Made by a program: the position numbers and the translations under genes | DNA from: Octopus sinensis | Lineage: Eukaryota | Length of the DNA: 64,000 nt | NCBI RefSeq assembly: GCF_006345805.1 | Contig: NC_043009.1 | Location: forward strand, 18,662,001 to 18,726,000 | Reading direction: 5' to 3' | Shown here: positions 23,178 through 34,444 of the stretch, piece by piece | How positions within the stretch are numbered: position 1 is the first letter of the stretch | How the letters are laid out: each line of letters starts with the position of its first letter | The notes under the pieces: generated by a model | The model's input: only the letters and a program-made list of their open reading frames with translations | What the model was told of the DNA's origin: nothing | Databases searched by the model: none

Positions 23178-24370
23178 CATCATCATCACCATCATTTAAC
23201 GTCCGCTTTCCATGCTGGCATGGGTTGGATGATTCAACTGGCCCAGTCTGATCTGGCAGTGTTTCTACAGCTGGATGCCCTTCCTAACGCCAACCACTCC
23301 ATGAGTGTAGAGGGTGCTTTTTATGTGCCACCGGCACGGGTGCTAGACGAGGCTGGCAAACGGCCACGATCAGATGGTGCTTTAATGATCAGCTAGAGTA
23401 GAGCATCATAGAAAAGGAATAAAAACAACCTAATCACTAAAAACCATAATAAAATATCCATACCTTATTAACTTCAATAGCAAGTATTTATAGAAAATGT
23501 ATAATAATTTAAGTATTATGAACTAAAAATTGTTAATTAACTTATTTAGCTTATTATAATCAGGACTGAAACCCAGTATTGGTTGAAAGAATAATTGTTG
23601 TTAAAAGGACATGTTAATTATATACTAATAATAAATTAAGAGGTATAATATAGATTTTAAAAGTTATTTTGTGTTAATCCATAAATGATATTACAGTTTC
23701 TTAGGGGTAACTAATTAGAAGGGCTGTTTGTATAAAGCCAATATAAATACCAAAATTAAGAGGACAGAACACTTTAAGAAAGGGATAAAAAACTTAGTTA
23801 CTAAAACTATTTTAAACAACATGTTATTATTGTATAAAGTTAAAATTTAGGGTTACCAGGAAGATTTATCGTTGAGGTGAGAGAGAAAATTTACTATAAA
23901 TTAGTTAAATTATAATCTAAGCAGTTTAATTTTAATTTGTGAAGATACCCATATTGTTTTTTATAAGCTAAGTATGGATTTATAGGGGCACAAAAATTTA
24001 GGTTTGTCTAAAGGCAATTATAAAGTATTAAAATGACCAGGTAGGGCAGAAACACCATAGAAAAGGATATGAAATAGCTTAGTCACTAGAATCATGATGA
24101 AGTATATATACAACTTAGCAACTTCAATAAAGAAGATTTATAGAAAATATGGAATAATTCAATCATTTAAAACTAAAAATTGTTTATTTACTTAATTAGC
24201 TTGTGGCTATAATGACTGATACCCAATATTAACTAAAGGAAAAATTAATGCTGTAGGGCATGCTACCTATGCACTGATTTTAAACAAAGAGGTACATTAG
24301 AGGTTTTAAAACTCAGAATCAATAAAGTGCTACTTTCTAAAATATTTGAAGGTACGGGTGGCACTATATA
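21790..24370 (+). repeat. Higher-order tandem repeat (866-bp dimer of ~500- and ~365-bp related subunits) with a codon-like divergence pattern
   Basis: Identical 29-mer ttttaccacaatagagggaggaaaagaaa at 21966 and 22832; motif H-x-[N/T/Y]-[Y/F]-x-L-I at 22123, 22514, 22989, 23610 and 24259. Confidence 0.85.
23178..23385 (-). mobile_element. RTE 3'UTR fragment inserted into the PLE 3' repeats, next to an (AAT)n tract
   Basis: catcatcat-ttaacgtccgctttccatgctggcatgggttgga signature. Confidence 0.85.
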
Positions 24371-24374
24371 CACA

Positions 24375-27068
24375 TCATACCTTAAGGTCTAATTGATTAT
24401 TAACCAGGTTTCCATTATCTTTATGCTTAAAAATTTCAAATGTTTCCATAGAGCAAAGCTCACATCCATATCTACTATTTCTATAAGGCTGAGCTTTTAT
24501 TATTATTTCCCATTTGAGGCTAAATCTAATCCCACTTTCTTTCAATTTCCAAATCTTACTGGATAATGATGTACAACTCACTTTATGTTTAAGTTTAAAG
24601 GATGATACATGATTGTATATGTGCTGTTTCAAATTAATCGAACAACCGAAGTAAATATAATTATTAGTTGTAGTTATTATTGTGCATTTATATATACGTT
24701 CTGAGTAAGGCATCAGCCTAATAATGGACAGCAGGATTTAACTCTACAATTGCAACTAGGAGAATTATTATTATTAATATTAGAATTACTAAAATTTTAA
24801 TTATTTTTATTGTTAACATTTTCGCTATTAATAATTCTATTATCAAGTATGTTATGTTCACATCTGTTACTTTCTAACTCCACTTCAATCGTATTATCAT
24901 ATAGAATCACCTCTGCATCATCAGGCATACTAATAGTTTCCATGCCCATATATGTACTGCCCATATATGTAATGTTTTTATTAGAAGTGCTGCCACTATT
25001 CCTTTTATTCACCCCATCATCGTCAGTACTACTATTTTCACTTTGGGGGTTTAAGTTATAGTTGACAGTACTACTATTATTATTATTAATATAATTATTA
25101 TTATTTCTATTGTTGTTATTTTTATTATTATTGTTAATGTTACTATTATTATTATCATCATCATCATCATCATCTTCGTCGTTTTCGTCGTCGTCATCAT
25201 TATCATCATTATTATTATTATTATTATTATTATTTTCAACCATTCTGGCTAATTTTATATTCTTCCTATTTAATGATATTGGGGAGAGTAGAGTATGAGA
25301 TTCTAACTGTCTTATGTGAAAAGATTCTATTATATCTATGAGAAGTAGGGAAGTTTTTTTTCTAAAATAACCATAAATTTTCTATATATGTTTGTGGATA
25401 ATGACCAGTTGTATGGGATATTGAACCAGATGAGATTCTTACCTTTAAATCTTTTGTGTAAGTAAGGGCGGGATATATTTGTACTATCCTTGCTCCTTAG
25501 AATCGTGCCATGATTAATAGTTTTTTATATATTTCTAGTATATCCCTTATCTGGAGGAGTAACCATTTCTTTTTCATTGTCACCTTTCTTATTCAACCTA
25601 AGCTTCTTACTCGTTTCAGTATCCTGTCTCCTATCAAAGCATACTGTTATTATCATTTAAAATGTTGGGTTTGTAGGATGGGTTATCATTTGGTATCTTT
25701 TCACAACTAAGTAAGTTAGTAGACTTTACTTAAACTATCATTTTTTCCTCTATTAAAAGGTGCTGAATTTACAGAACCGAGAAAAGTAATTTCCTGGTCA
25801 TGTCCCGCTTTAGACAAAGCAACATTATAGTGGTATGAATGAGAATTAAATATATCAATGTCTGGTGATAATTTAGTAATTCTCCTAGAAATACTTTTAA
25901 CTACCGATTTTAATACATAAAGCGGGTGATTTGATAATTTATTCACATATCTTGTAACCTCACCTTTTTTCCTATAGGGGTAATATAATTTAGAGTTATT
26001 GTTTAAAGTAGCATCCAAAAAATTTACTACTTTAGTGCTATATTCATACGTAATACTTAAGTTAAAGTTTTTGAAAAATTTTCTAATTCTCTTTCTCATT
26101 CTTTCTATGATTGATTTATAGTTACTAGGGATGATGAACAGAGCACCATCCCTATATAGACCTCCCTGTAATTCAGGGATTTCCCTATTTAAGCACCTTA
26201 AAAGATATGCACCCACTAGATTTGTGATTTTGGCCAAGTCACTCGAGTCCATACCTATATCAAATTTTTCTGGGGTATCAGCCCTAGTCCAAAGTTTGCC
26301 CTCAAATTCTATAGTAGTTCTAGCTAACAGAATATTATCAATTTTATCCCTAGTTATGAGAGAGAGGTTTTTAACAAAAATAAGAGATTTATTGAAAAGA
26401 ACAGGGAATATACTTGAATAATAACTATTAATGTCTAATTGAATAAAAGAATAATTACTAATGTTATCAATGGATTTGAATCAATGAATTACCTCATCTG
26501 TATCAATCCATAATTTTAGAGTTAGGTTGGGAATTATGAGGGGTAGAATATTGTCAAGAATAGACTTACTAAGCCAACCAATGTCAGACTTAGTCAGGCA
26601 AATTAGTCTTACAGTAGGGTTATCCTGGAAGTTCTTCTTGTGGTCTTTCAGGTTAATCCTAGGTTCACTTGGTTTTAAGGGTTCTGTTCTCTCTGCCAAG
26701 TCGTATTCCATCATAATTTCCTTGACTTTCAAATTGATATCTAATAGATTCTTTTTTGATGTTATTTTATATTTAGCATTGAGTTCCTTCATTACAAGTT
26801 TCATATAGGTGGTATAGTCAAGCCTATATAAGTTTCCGGTTTTATCTGCTGGGACCAGAATGCCTGGTTTGCTATGCAATGACTTTATAAATTCATTTGG
26901 TTTCATCAGATGTAAGTTTTTTCTAAGTGGGTGTTCCTTGAAGTTTACATTAGCAATAAGATCAAATAAGTCTTTTTCAAAATTTTCCGGTAGTAGACTA
27001 GGTGGCAGATTGTTTCTGCTTTTAAATATCTTCTTATAATAATTCTTCTCATGTGTTTCTAGAGTTCC
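24375..27068 (-). pseudogene. PLE RT-GIY-YIG polyprotein, disrupted
   Basis: FKS..PP..FEKDL; RINLKDHKKNFQDNPTVRLI..KSDIG; in-frame TGA at 26481 then FIQLDINSYYSSI; FDIGMDSSD..GGLYRDGAL; VNFLDATL; linker LIWFNIPY..KNFPTSHRYNRIF..VRISYSTLPN; CNCRVKSCCPLLG*CL; GIY-YIG IYKCTI..YFGCS..NHVSSF..LSSKIW..KWEII..CELC. Confidence 0.9.
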
Positions 27069-27476
27069 AGTGGGCAACCCCCTTAATTGTCAGCTAACAT
27101 CTTGTTTTAAGTTTTCCTTTACTAAACCTCATGATATTGCTTCTAATAAATCTTGATTTTTATGATGATACCAACTATGATGTCTGTCTGCTCCCTCAGT
27201 CCTACCCCTAACAGATACTACTCTCTTTTCTCTCAGCCTTGAATATACAAGGGATTTGATAAACTAGTCTATAAATTAAAACTGACCTCATAGAAATAAA
27301 AAAAATCAGTGATAGACAGAATCTGTAACAATGTATATCTTCTTGAAAACTTAGTAACTTCTATCCTGAAGTGAGACAGCATGTTCTTTGTCTATCTCCT
27401 TAACTTCTTAGAGATTTTAGGTATAATTATACTAATGTGTCCATCTGTTCTAATTTAATTAAATTCTATGTCTTTG

Positions 27477-27563
27477 TGCAACTGAAGATTGCTCTGCATT
27501 TTAAATTGATGTAATGATTGCATTGTTCAATTAAATGGAGTTGCATGAAACGATCATACTGCA
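27477..27563 (+). ncRNA. Hammerhead motif in the inverted 5' pLTR (core intact, stems I and III mutated)
   Basis: UGCAA CUGAAGA UUGC..GCAU GAAAC GAUC AUA CUGCA. Confidence 0.7.
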
Positions 27564-28032
27564 TTACCTCAGGATATCCTTGTTGCTTATTTTGATTATA
27601 TATAAATTGATAAATATCAGGAGAACAAAGATTTACATATCCCGATTTTATTATACAGTTAATCACATCTTTCTTTGTCAGTACCTACATGTGTTTTTAC
27701 TGCAAGCCAGTGCACATTGCTGATTATGCATCTTGGTGTGCAACTTGGCATTAATTACCGGTAAAATATCAGGGTAAAATTTAACTATATTTCAGATACC
27801 ATCTGAAAAGAATATTAGCCAAACCAAAATTGTTCACATGTGTGATGTTAGTGTTACTTAAAATAGCCTTATATTTTGAACTTTTCAATCTGGCTTGTAA
27901 GAAATAAAGCTACATGCTATCTGAAATTAGGTCAATACTCTCTAATGTATTTAAGTTCCTTATACCTATTTAAGCTTTACCATTCCATCAGTGTAAAATA
28001 GTATTCTTATTTTATTCACTGTATCAAGTTAC

Positions 28033-28092
<60 letters not shown>

Positions 28093-28594
28093 GCTATTGG
28101 TGTATTATTTATTTGCTAATTTAGTACTACAGTTAATTTTATTGCACTTATACTTCTTTTTCCACTCTTTAAAATTAAGTTTAATTTATGTAGGAGTTTA
28201 TATTCAATTAAGTTGTTTATTTGCTATAGTTTACTTAATTCTAATTCTAATTTCAGTGTTATGTATCATGCAATCATTTAAATCGGTTGAATGTCTACTT
28301 CAATAGGTGAACACATGTCAGTGCACTTTCTCGGCTATGGTTTCTTGATTTATATTTTGATGTAAGAATTTGGTAAATTTCTTCTATACACAATTCATAC
28401 AACAGATCAACATATGTAAGTACATTTTTTATCCATTTTCTTATTTAAAAAAGGGTTTACATATATATATATATGTATGTATGTATGTATATATAGAATA
28501 ATAATAAAAAAAGAACAAACAAGAAAAAAACAATAACGAGAGGACGTGGTACAAGTAATGTATTATCAAACGCTCAGGAAAGGAAGGAAAGTGG

Positions 28595-28629
28595 ATTTAA
28601 CGTTTCGAGCAAAGCTCTTGTTCAGAAAT
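28595..28629 (-). ncRNA. Degenerate minimal hammerhead in a PLE pLTR-like fragment (~28520-28700)
   Basis: Minus strand AUUU CUGAACAA GAGC UUU GCUC GAAAC GUU AAAU: stems I and II intact, core UG changed to AC. Confidence 0.55.
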
Positions 28630-28756
28630 AGAGGAAAGTGCAAAGAAGGGAAGATGGAGGAAGAAAATCACCACTGATTCACATGTTGTTACATTTAGTG
28701 GGTGGAGTGTCGTTAGAAATTTCGTAGTACGAATTATTGCTTGCGCTATTGGCATA

Positions 28757-29130
28757 TCTATATACATAAAATGGAGAATGTGTGTCTGTCTGTCTGTCTG
28801 TCTGGGTGAATCCCTCAAACTTGAGAACTACGTGACCAATTTCATTCAAATTTTACACATGCCTTACTTAGGGTTCATGGGGTGTCATGGGCAAAAAAAT
28901 TTAACTTCTTGCCTAGGGCGAGCCCACAGCAATATCATATCTTCTCTACTATTTCAGTATTACGTGTCAAACGTGAAAGAATGTCAGATACTTTCACTTT
29001 AATACTGAAACTATTAAAATGAAGCTATTATATAACAGGGATGAACTGTAACTGGACATCCATTCTGCTAAAAGATCCACTATGGTTTTATATGCTATAC
29101 CACTGGTTTTAAATTCATTCTAATCAGATT
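28757..29130 (+). mobile_element. Helitron/Helentron-derived non-autonomous element (HINE-like)
   Basis: Starts tctatatacataaaa, then (GTCT)n and atttcattcaaattttacac, a layout typical of DINE-1/HINE-like elements. 3' end not defined. Confidence 0.45.
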
Positions 29131-29311
29131 AATATTCAATTTTTCACCCTTATTATTTTAAATCTAAATTTACATGTATGTCTATATATATAGAGAGAGA
29201 GAGATGTATACATATAGATGTATATATATAGATGTGTATATATAGATGTATATATATATATACACATGTACGTGTAATATGTACACACATATATACATAT
29301 ATGCACCCATA

Positions 29312-29357
<46 letters not shown>

Positions 29358-29358
<1 letters not shown>

Positions 29359-30060
29359 AGGTGCAGGTGTGGCTGTGTAGTAACAAACTTAGTTCCAAAA
29401 CACATGGTCCTCAGTTCAGTCCCACTGTGTGGTAACTTGGCATGTGTCTTCTGCTATAGAATCTGACTAACCAAAGCCTTGTCAGTGGATTTTGTTGACA
29501 GAAACTGAAAGAAATCAATTGAATATATATGTATGTATATATGTAAGTCTATGTGTGTGTCTTTGTGTTTCTCCCTCATCACTGCTTCACAACTGGTGTT
29601 CGTTTATTTACATCCCCATAACTTACTGGTTTCACAAGAATAAGTACCAGGCTTATCGAAATGAGCAAAACACTAGGCAGTGACTCATATTTTTGTTTGC
29701 CCACTTAGTTGTATCTATCAATTTATCTTTGTGTGTGTGTATGTGTATACATATATATATATATATATATATATATGGATTTCATAGACAGGAACTGAAA
29801 CAAATCAATTGTATATATATGTATGTATATATGTAAGTGTATGTGTGTCTTTGTCTCTGTGTTTCGCCCTCATCACTGCTTCACAACTGCAGGTCATTTA
29901 TTTTCATCCCCATAACTTACTGGTTTCACAAGAACAAACTAATAGAATAAGTGCCAGGCTTATCAACATAAAAAAAGCACTATGCTGTGTCTCATATTTT
30001 TGTTTGCCCACTCAGTTGCATCTATCAATTTATCTTTGTATGTGTGTGTGTGTGTGCATG
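29358..30060 (+). mobile_element. Diverged tRNA-SINE followed by a ~290-bp tandem duplication of its 3' half plus flank
   Basis: Head caggtgcaggtgtggctgtgtag..ctcagttcagtccc; 29497-29770 is repeated at 29787-30060. Confidence 0.75.
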
Positions 30061-30066
30061 TATCTA

Positions 30067-30101
<35 letters not shown>

Positions 30102-30127
30102 ATATATATATATTATATATCTATCTA

Positions 30128-30169
<42 letters not shown>

Positions 30170-30176
<7 letters not shown>

Positions 30177-31484
30177 CCCTAATGGGGGGGCCTTAACTCC
30201 CAAATTTTAGTAATTTCTTTTATGATCCAAAACTAGGTCAAAAGTACAGAATGGATCTTTATGAAATTTGGAAATTATATTCTATGCAGAAGGGCCACAA
30301 CCCCCATGAAAATTCATATATTTTTGCTGTTGATGAAATTTTAACCACAGATATTAGACACAAATGAAGTAATATTTATAAAATTTCATCTTATAAGTTA
30401 GAAAGACCCCTCCATGGGGACTTAACACCCACAATTTTGTCATTTTATCTAAGCAAAGACGAATACTGTTGAACTCTTGGAAGCTGCAGGGTCACCTGAG
30501 CATAAAAGATGAGCAATATTTGTAATTCAATGGTACAACAGTGTAACACTTTGCTTTGACATACACTTACATTGTGATTTTTGCAATGTGGTGCATAAAT
30601 TATCAAGTAAATGAGAGGCATCTTTGCCTCCACTGATTCAGTTGCAAAATGCTGAGTAAAGTTATTTGATTGCAGACCTCCTTTCAGTCTTTTTATTATC
30701 ACTGGGTCACACATAGACCCCAGATGGTAACATTGATTTCAAAGCCTTCCCAGATGAGAGACTGGTTATTCAAAGACATTTATAGATTGTAAACTTATTC
30801 TGTCCAGTTACGTATCAGTATAGTGGTCATTAGCAAACTCCAACTTTCATTTCTTCTTAGCCCTCACATCACACAGTTGCTAATGTTTATTTCAGTTGGG
30901 TCACACCCTTCCAATTGCTATAGATTCGTAATGCATCTTACGGCTGTGCCAGTCACCTGGACGGTGAGGAATACTACATTAGGAGTGGTAACGACAAGGG
31001 TAGGATAGCTGACTACTTATTGTGATCATTCGTCTTTTGGTTTCTTGTAGCTTTGCTCTCTTTTACAAACCCAGTGAACATATATTTCCTATTTCAAAGA
31101 AATTTAAACAATAGATATAGAACTCAAGTTAAAACAGATTCTCAACAATTCAACTTCTCTGGTTGACATTAAGAAGCCCACCCCTAATAGGGGCCTTAAC
31201 TCTCACATTTTAGAGCTTCATGACTTCCATTTTTCAGGAGCAAAATCCTTTTAACAGGTTCAATAAGACTGGAATTTTGGAATATGCGCATAAAAATCAG
31301 TAGTATGGGATACATGTGGCATGATTACAATTTTTTTAGGGTGTGTAAAGGGGGAAATAACCCACATCTGCAATTTTGATGAAATTTGAAACATAGATAT
31401 TCCAGTTCATTACAGAAAATATAACAGAAAAGTCTAATTCTTCAATTGCATGTAAAACAGGCAACGCCAGGTATCTCTGCTAGT
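30170..31484 (+). mobile_element. Helitron-like remnant with a hairpin plus CTAGT 3' end
   Basis: caggcaacgccaggtatctctgCTAGT at 31458-31484; recurring ggggccttaactc..aattttag motifs at ~30187, ~30416 and ~31190. Confidence 0.45.
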
Positions 31485-32165
31485 ATATATATATATATAT
31501 TATATATATATATAATATATATATATATTATATATATATATATTATATATATATATATATATACATATGCTAATATAGCAAGCAACAATTCATACTACGA
31601 AAATTCTAACATAACACTCCACCCATTTTACCTATCCTCCAGAATTGGATAAGTTCTTTGGACATTGAGTATATGCACATTATGCATTACAGACGTATGC
31701 TCCCCTGAGCTCATGCTAGATTACCTTACTACACAGATATATGTGCATAGTACATATTTATGACATCACATGATTCACAGAAAAATCATGCACATATATA
31801 TATGCATGTACTTATGAACTTACAGGCCCCTGGACCAAGTTTGGCATCAATTATGAATAATATGCAAGATGCAGATGGTGTGTGTGTGTGTGTGTGTGTG
31901 TGTGTAGCTGACTGGTTTGACTGTTTCACTCACAATTGGTAGATCATAGATTTGATTCTCTGACTGACTAGCATGTTCTGTTCTTCAGCAAAACACTTCC
32001 TTTCACGTTGCTCTAGACTCCTTTTGATCAATGTGGAACATTGGCCTCCTCACCTAGCCAGCAGGGTGGCATCATTTGGAGGCTAAAATAACACAAAAGC
32101 GCATTGTAATCAGTGATGTGTAACAACAGCTGATAGCCTGATTGATCATATACTCATGTAATGTA

Positions 32166-32197
<32 letters not shown>

Positions 32198-32234
32198 CTC
32201 TGTGTGTATTTTTATAGATGCGCATGTGTTTATA

Positions 32235-32439
32235 CAGGTTTGGCCAAAAGTCACCCGACGGTAAATCAAAATTCCATTAACTTAATATTCAATTTTATTT
32301 ATTCATTCCGATTATGAATGTTTAATTAACATTTGTCTACTTATTAGCGAAGTCTCATACAAAATAATTTTTTGTTTTAATGTTGGAATTAAATGGCTTT
32401 GATTTACTAACAGGTCAAATTGACTTTTGGCCAAACCTG
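32235..32439. mobile_element. Tc1/mariner-type MITE
   Basis: Perfect 19-bp TIRs CAGGTTTGGCCAAAAGTCA / TGACTTTTGGCCAAACCTG flanked by TA. Confidence 0.9.
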
Positions 32440-32776
32440 TATATATATATCTGCATTTATATTTATAAAGATGGACATGCACAAATGTTCTCACATAAGA
32501 TGATTAAGGACTTAAATATTTTATGGTGAATGTAATCCCTTGCAACAATTCAGAGCTAATGCAAAGGAGAGAGCAATTAAGATTTCCATATAAGTTACCT
32601 CCCATGATCTGCATATTTATTTTTCATTTCTTTCAAAATCCCATAGTCTCGTGTAATTTCAGATATTCTCATCCAAAATGGAGATGAGTACCAACATGTC
32701 TATGTGTTACACTTGAAAATTGCAAAGAGATCTCTCTCTTCACATGAAACCATTAGCCTTGTTAACCCACAAAATG

Positions 32777-32852
<76 letters not shown>

Positions 32853-32901
32853 AAGAGAAAGAGACAGACAGACAGACAAAGAAAGAGAATTATATATAAT
32901 G

Positions 32902-32944
<43 letters not shown>

Positions 32945-33176
32945 TGATAATAATAGGGAGTATTACTCCAAACTTACAGGGAAAATTCAATTGAGTATTA
33001 AATCAAATTTCACAATATAATATATAAATGTATTATAGATACTTGGTCCTAATGTTTTAAGCTTCAAATTTAGTTAATGGAGTTTCTTCTATAAGAACAA
33101 TCATGATTTTATTTCTTTAAGAAATATTGTTTAATTCTATTTGCTTATTTATTTAATTATTATTGTTATTATTGTT

Positions 33177-33278
33177 GACCTGAGGAGTGACTACAATTTT
33201 AAATTGAATTGTTTTTTGATTAAATTTAGATTTAATTGTAATTCGAATTTAAATTATAGCCATGAAACGTCCGTAGTC
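33177..33278 (+). ncRNA. Near-intact type I hammerhead with a long AU-rich stem II
   Basis: GAC CUGAGGA GUGACUA [~63 nt, partly self-complementary] UAGCCAU GAAAC GUCC GUA GUC. Confidence 0.65.
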
Positions 33279-33413
33279 CTTTTACTTATTATATATTGTT
33301 ATTCATTTTTGTATTTTTTGTGATCTAGTTATATTTTTTAAAATATATTTTATTTTTTATTCATGATTTGGTTTATGTCTATCATTGTTTGAATTGTATA
33401 ATAGTGGTTTTTC

Positions 33414-33473
<60 letters not shown>

Positions 33474-33492
33474 CATAATAAATACAAAATAT

Positions 33493-33665
33493 GTTCTATA
33501 TATAAGAGATGAGGAATTATGTACATTATTTACATTTGACGGATATATGTCCTCATCTTGTTTCTTGTTAACACAACGATTTGGCTGATATACCTTTGAC
33601 AGGTGTCTTGGGGAAATTTCGAACCTGGGTTCTCATTCCTAAGATTTTTTAAGATGTTGTTGTTA

Positions 33666-33708
<43 letters not shown>

Positions 33709-33731
33709 CATTATTATTATTATTATTATTA

Positions 33732-33762
<31 letters not shown>
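33493..33762 (-). mobile_element. Hammerhead-type SINE tail plus (AAT)n, core degenerate
   Basis: Reverse complement of the 34459-34605 tail, ending ..ctcatctcttatatatagaac. Confidence 0.8.
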
Positions 33763-33763
<1 letters not shown>

Positions 33764-34320
33764 GAGTGAAAGAGTAGTGCATACCATCAAAGTAACACTG
33801 GGGTAAAATATACGAAGCCCACTATACCCATCATGACTACCTGTCTGATAAAGGTACACCAGGCACATGCATCACAATCCTATGTGTGCGACATGGTGAT
33901 CTCATATCAAGATAAACAGCACATGATCTTGCAGGTGGGGCCCAGTTAGAATTTTCTTCTAGTCGAGTAAGCCATCCCGCTCAAAAGGTCCCTGAATAAG
34001 GGTTGTTTAAGGATGTTGAACGAAATACCTATGTTTCCAGAGGTGAATTATTCAAACCCCAAAGAATCCTTCTTAACACATGGCTATGATGATCCCCCAC
34101 CACTTCTGCTCGTGATCAGAGATGCACATATTGTCTGCCACTAAGGGACATGCTCAACTGGTTAAGGTCAAACAACTGACAAGCAAATCTGTGGTATTGA
34201 GCAGAATATTTGCTGTAGCCCATCTTTTATACCAAGGCAAAACAATGTACATGATAACACTTCCAATCAGTTAAGATCAAAAGCCATGAAAGCCACTGCC
34301 TGGTACTACATCAGGGTATA
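33763..34320 (-). repeat. ~560-bp interspersed repeat of unknown class with an (AAT)n 3' tail
   Basis: Non-coding, more GC-rich than background and recognised from memory as a recurrent octopus repeat; lies between two oppositely oriented hammerhead tails. Confidence 0.5.
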
Positions 34321-34324
34321 ATGG

Positions 34325-34406
34325 TGCCCGTGGGCATATGGCGTAATTGTTAAGAGCGCAGGCTACTAACCCCAAGATTCTGAGTGCAATTCCAGGCAGT
34401 GGCCTG

Positions 34407-34444
<38 letters not shown>

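Larger units (their letters stand above)
20838..27597 (-). mobile_element. Penelope-like element (C-terminal GIY-YIG, Hydra-clade-like) with ~530-bp inverted pseudo-LTRs and an unusually long 3' region
   Basis: Arms 20838-21789 (including the MITE) and 27069-27597 are reverse complements; ORF remnant 27068 to 24375; a hammerhead motif in each arm; TATATA follows the right arm. Confidence 0.85.

Noticed and set aside
26481-26483. In-frame TGA at a Trp position of the PLE RT as evidence for UGA recoding or selenocysteine
   Set aside because: The other conserved Trp residues use TGG and the ORF has frameshifts, so a simple G-to-A decay suffices.
27069-27597. Initial idea that the arms are DNA-transposon TIRs or a duplicated 5'UTR
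   Set aside because: The hammerhead is sense to the ORF in the left arm, which fits a 3' pLTR plus an inverted 5' pLTR better; no transposase or TSD seen.
34325-34407. Functional tRNA gene
   Set aside because: No proper acceptor stem, and it is followed by a microsatellite and a repeat tail, so it is a SINE head.
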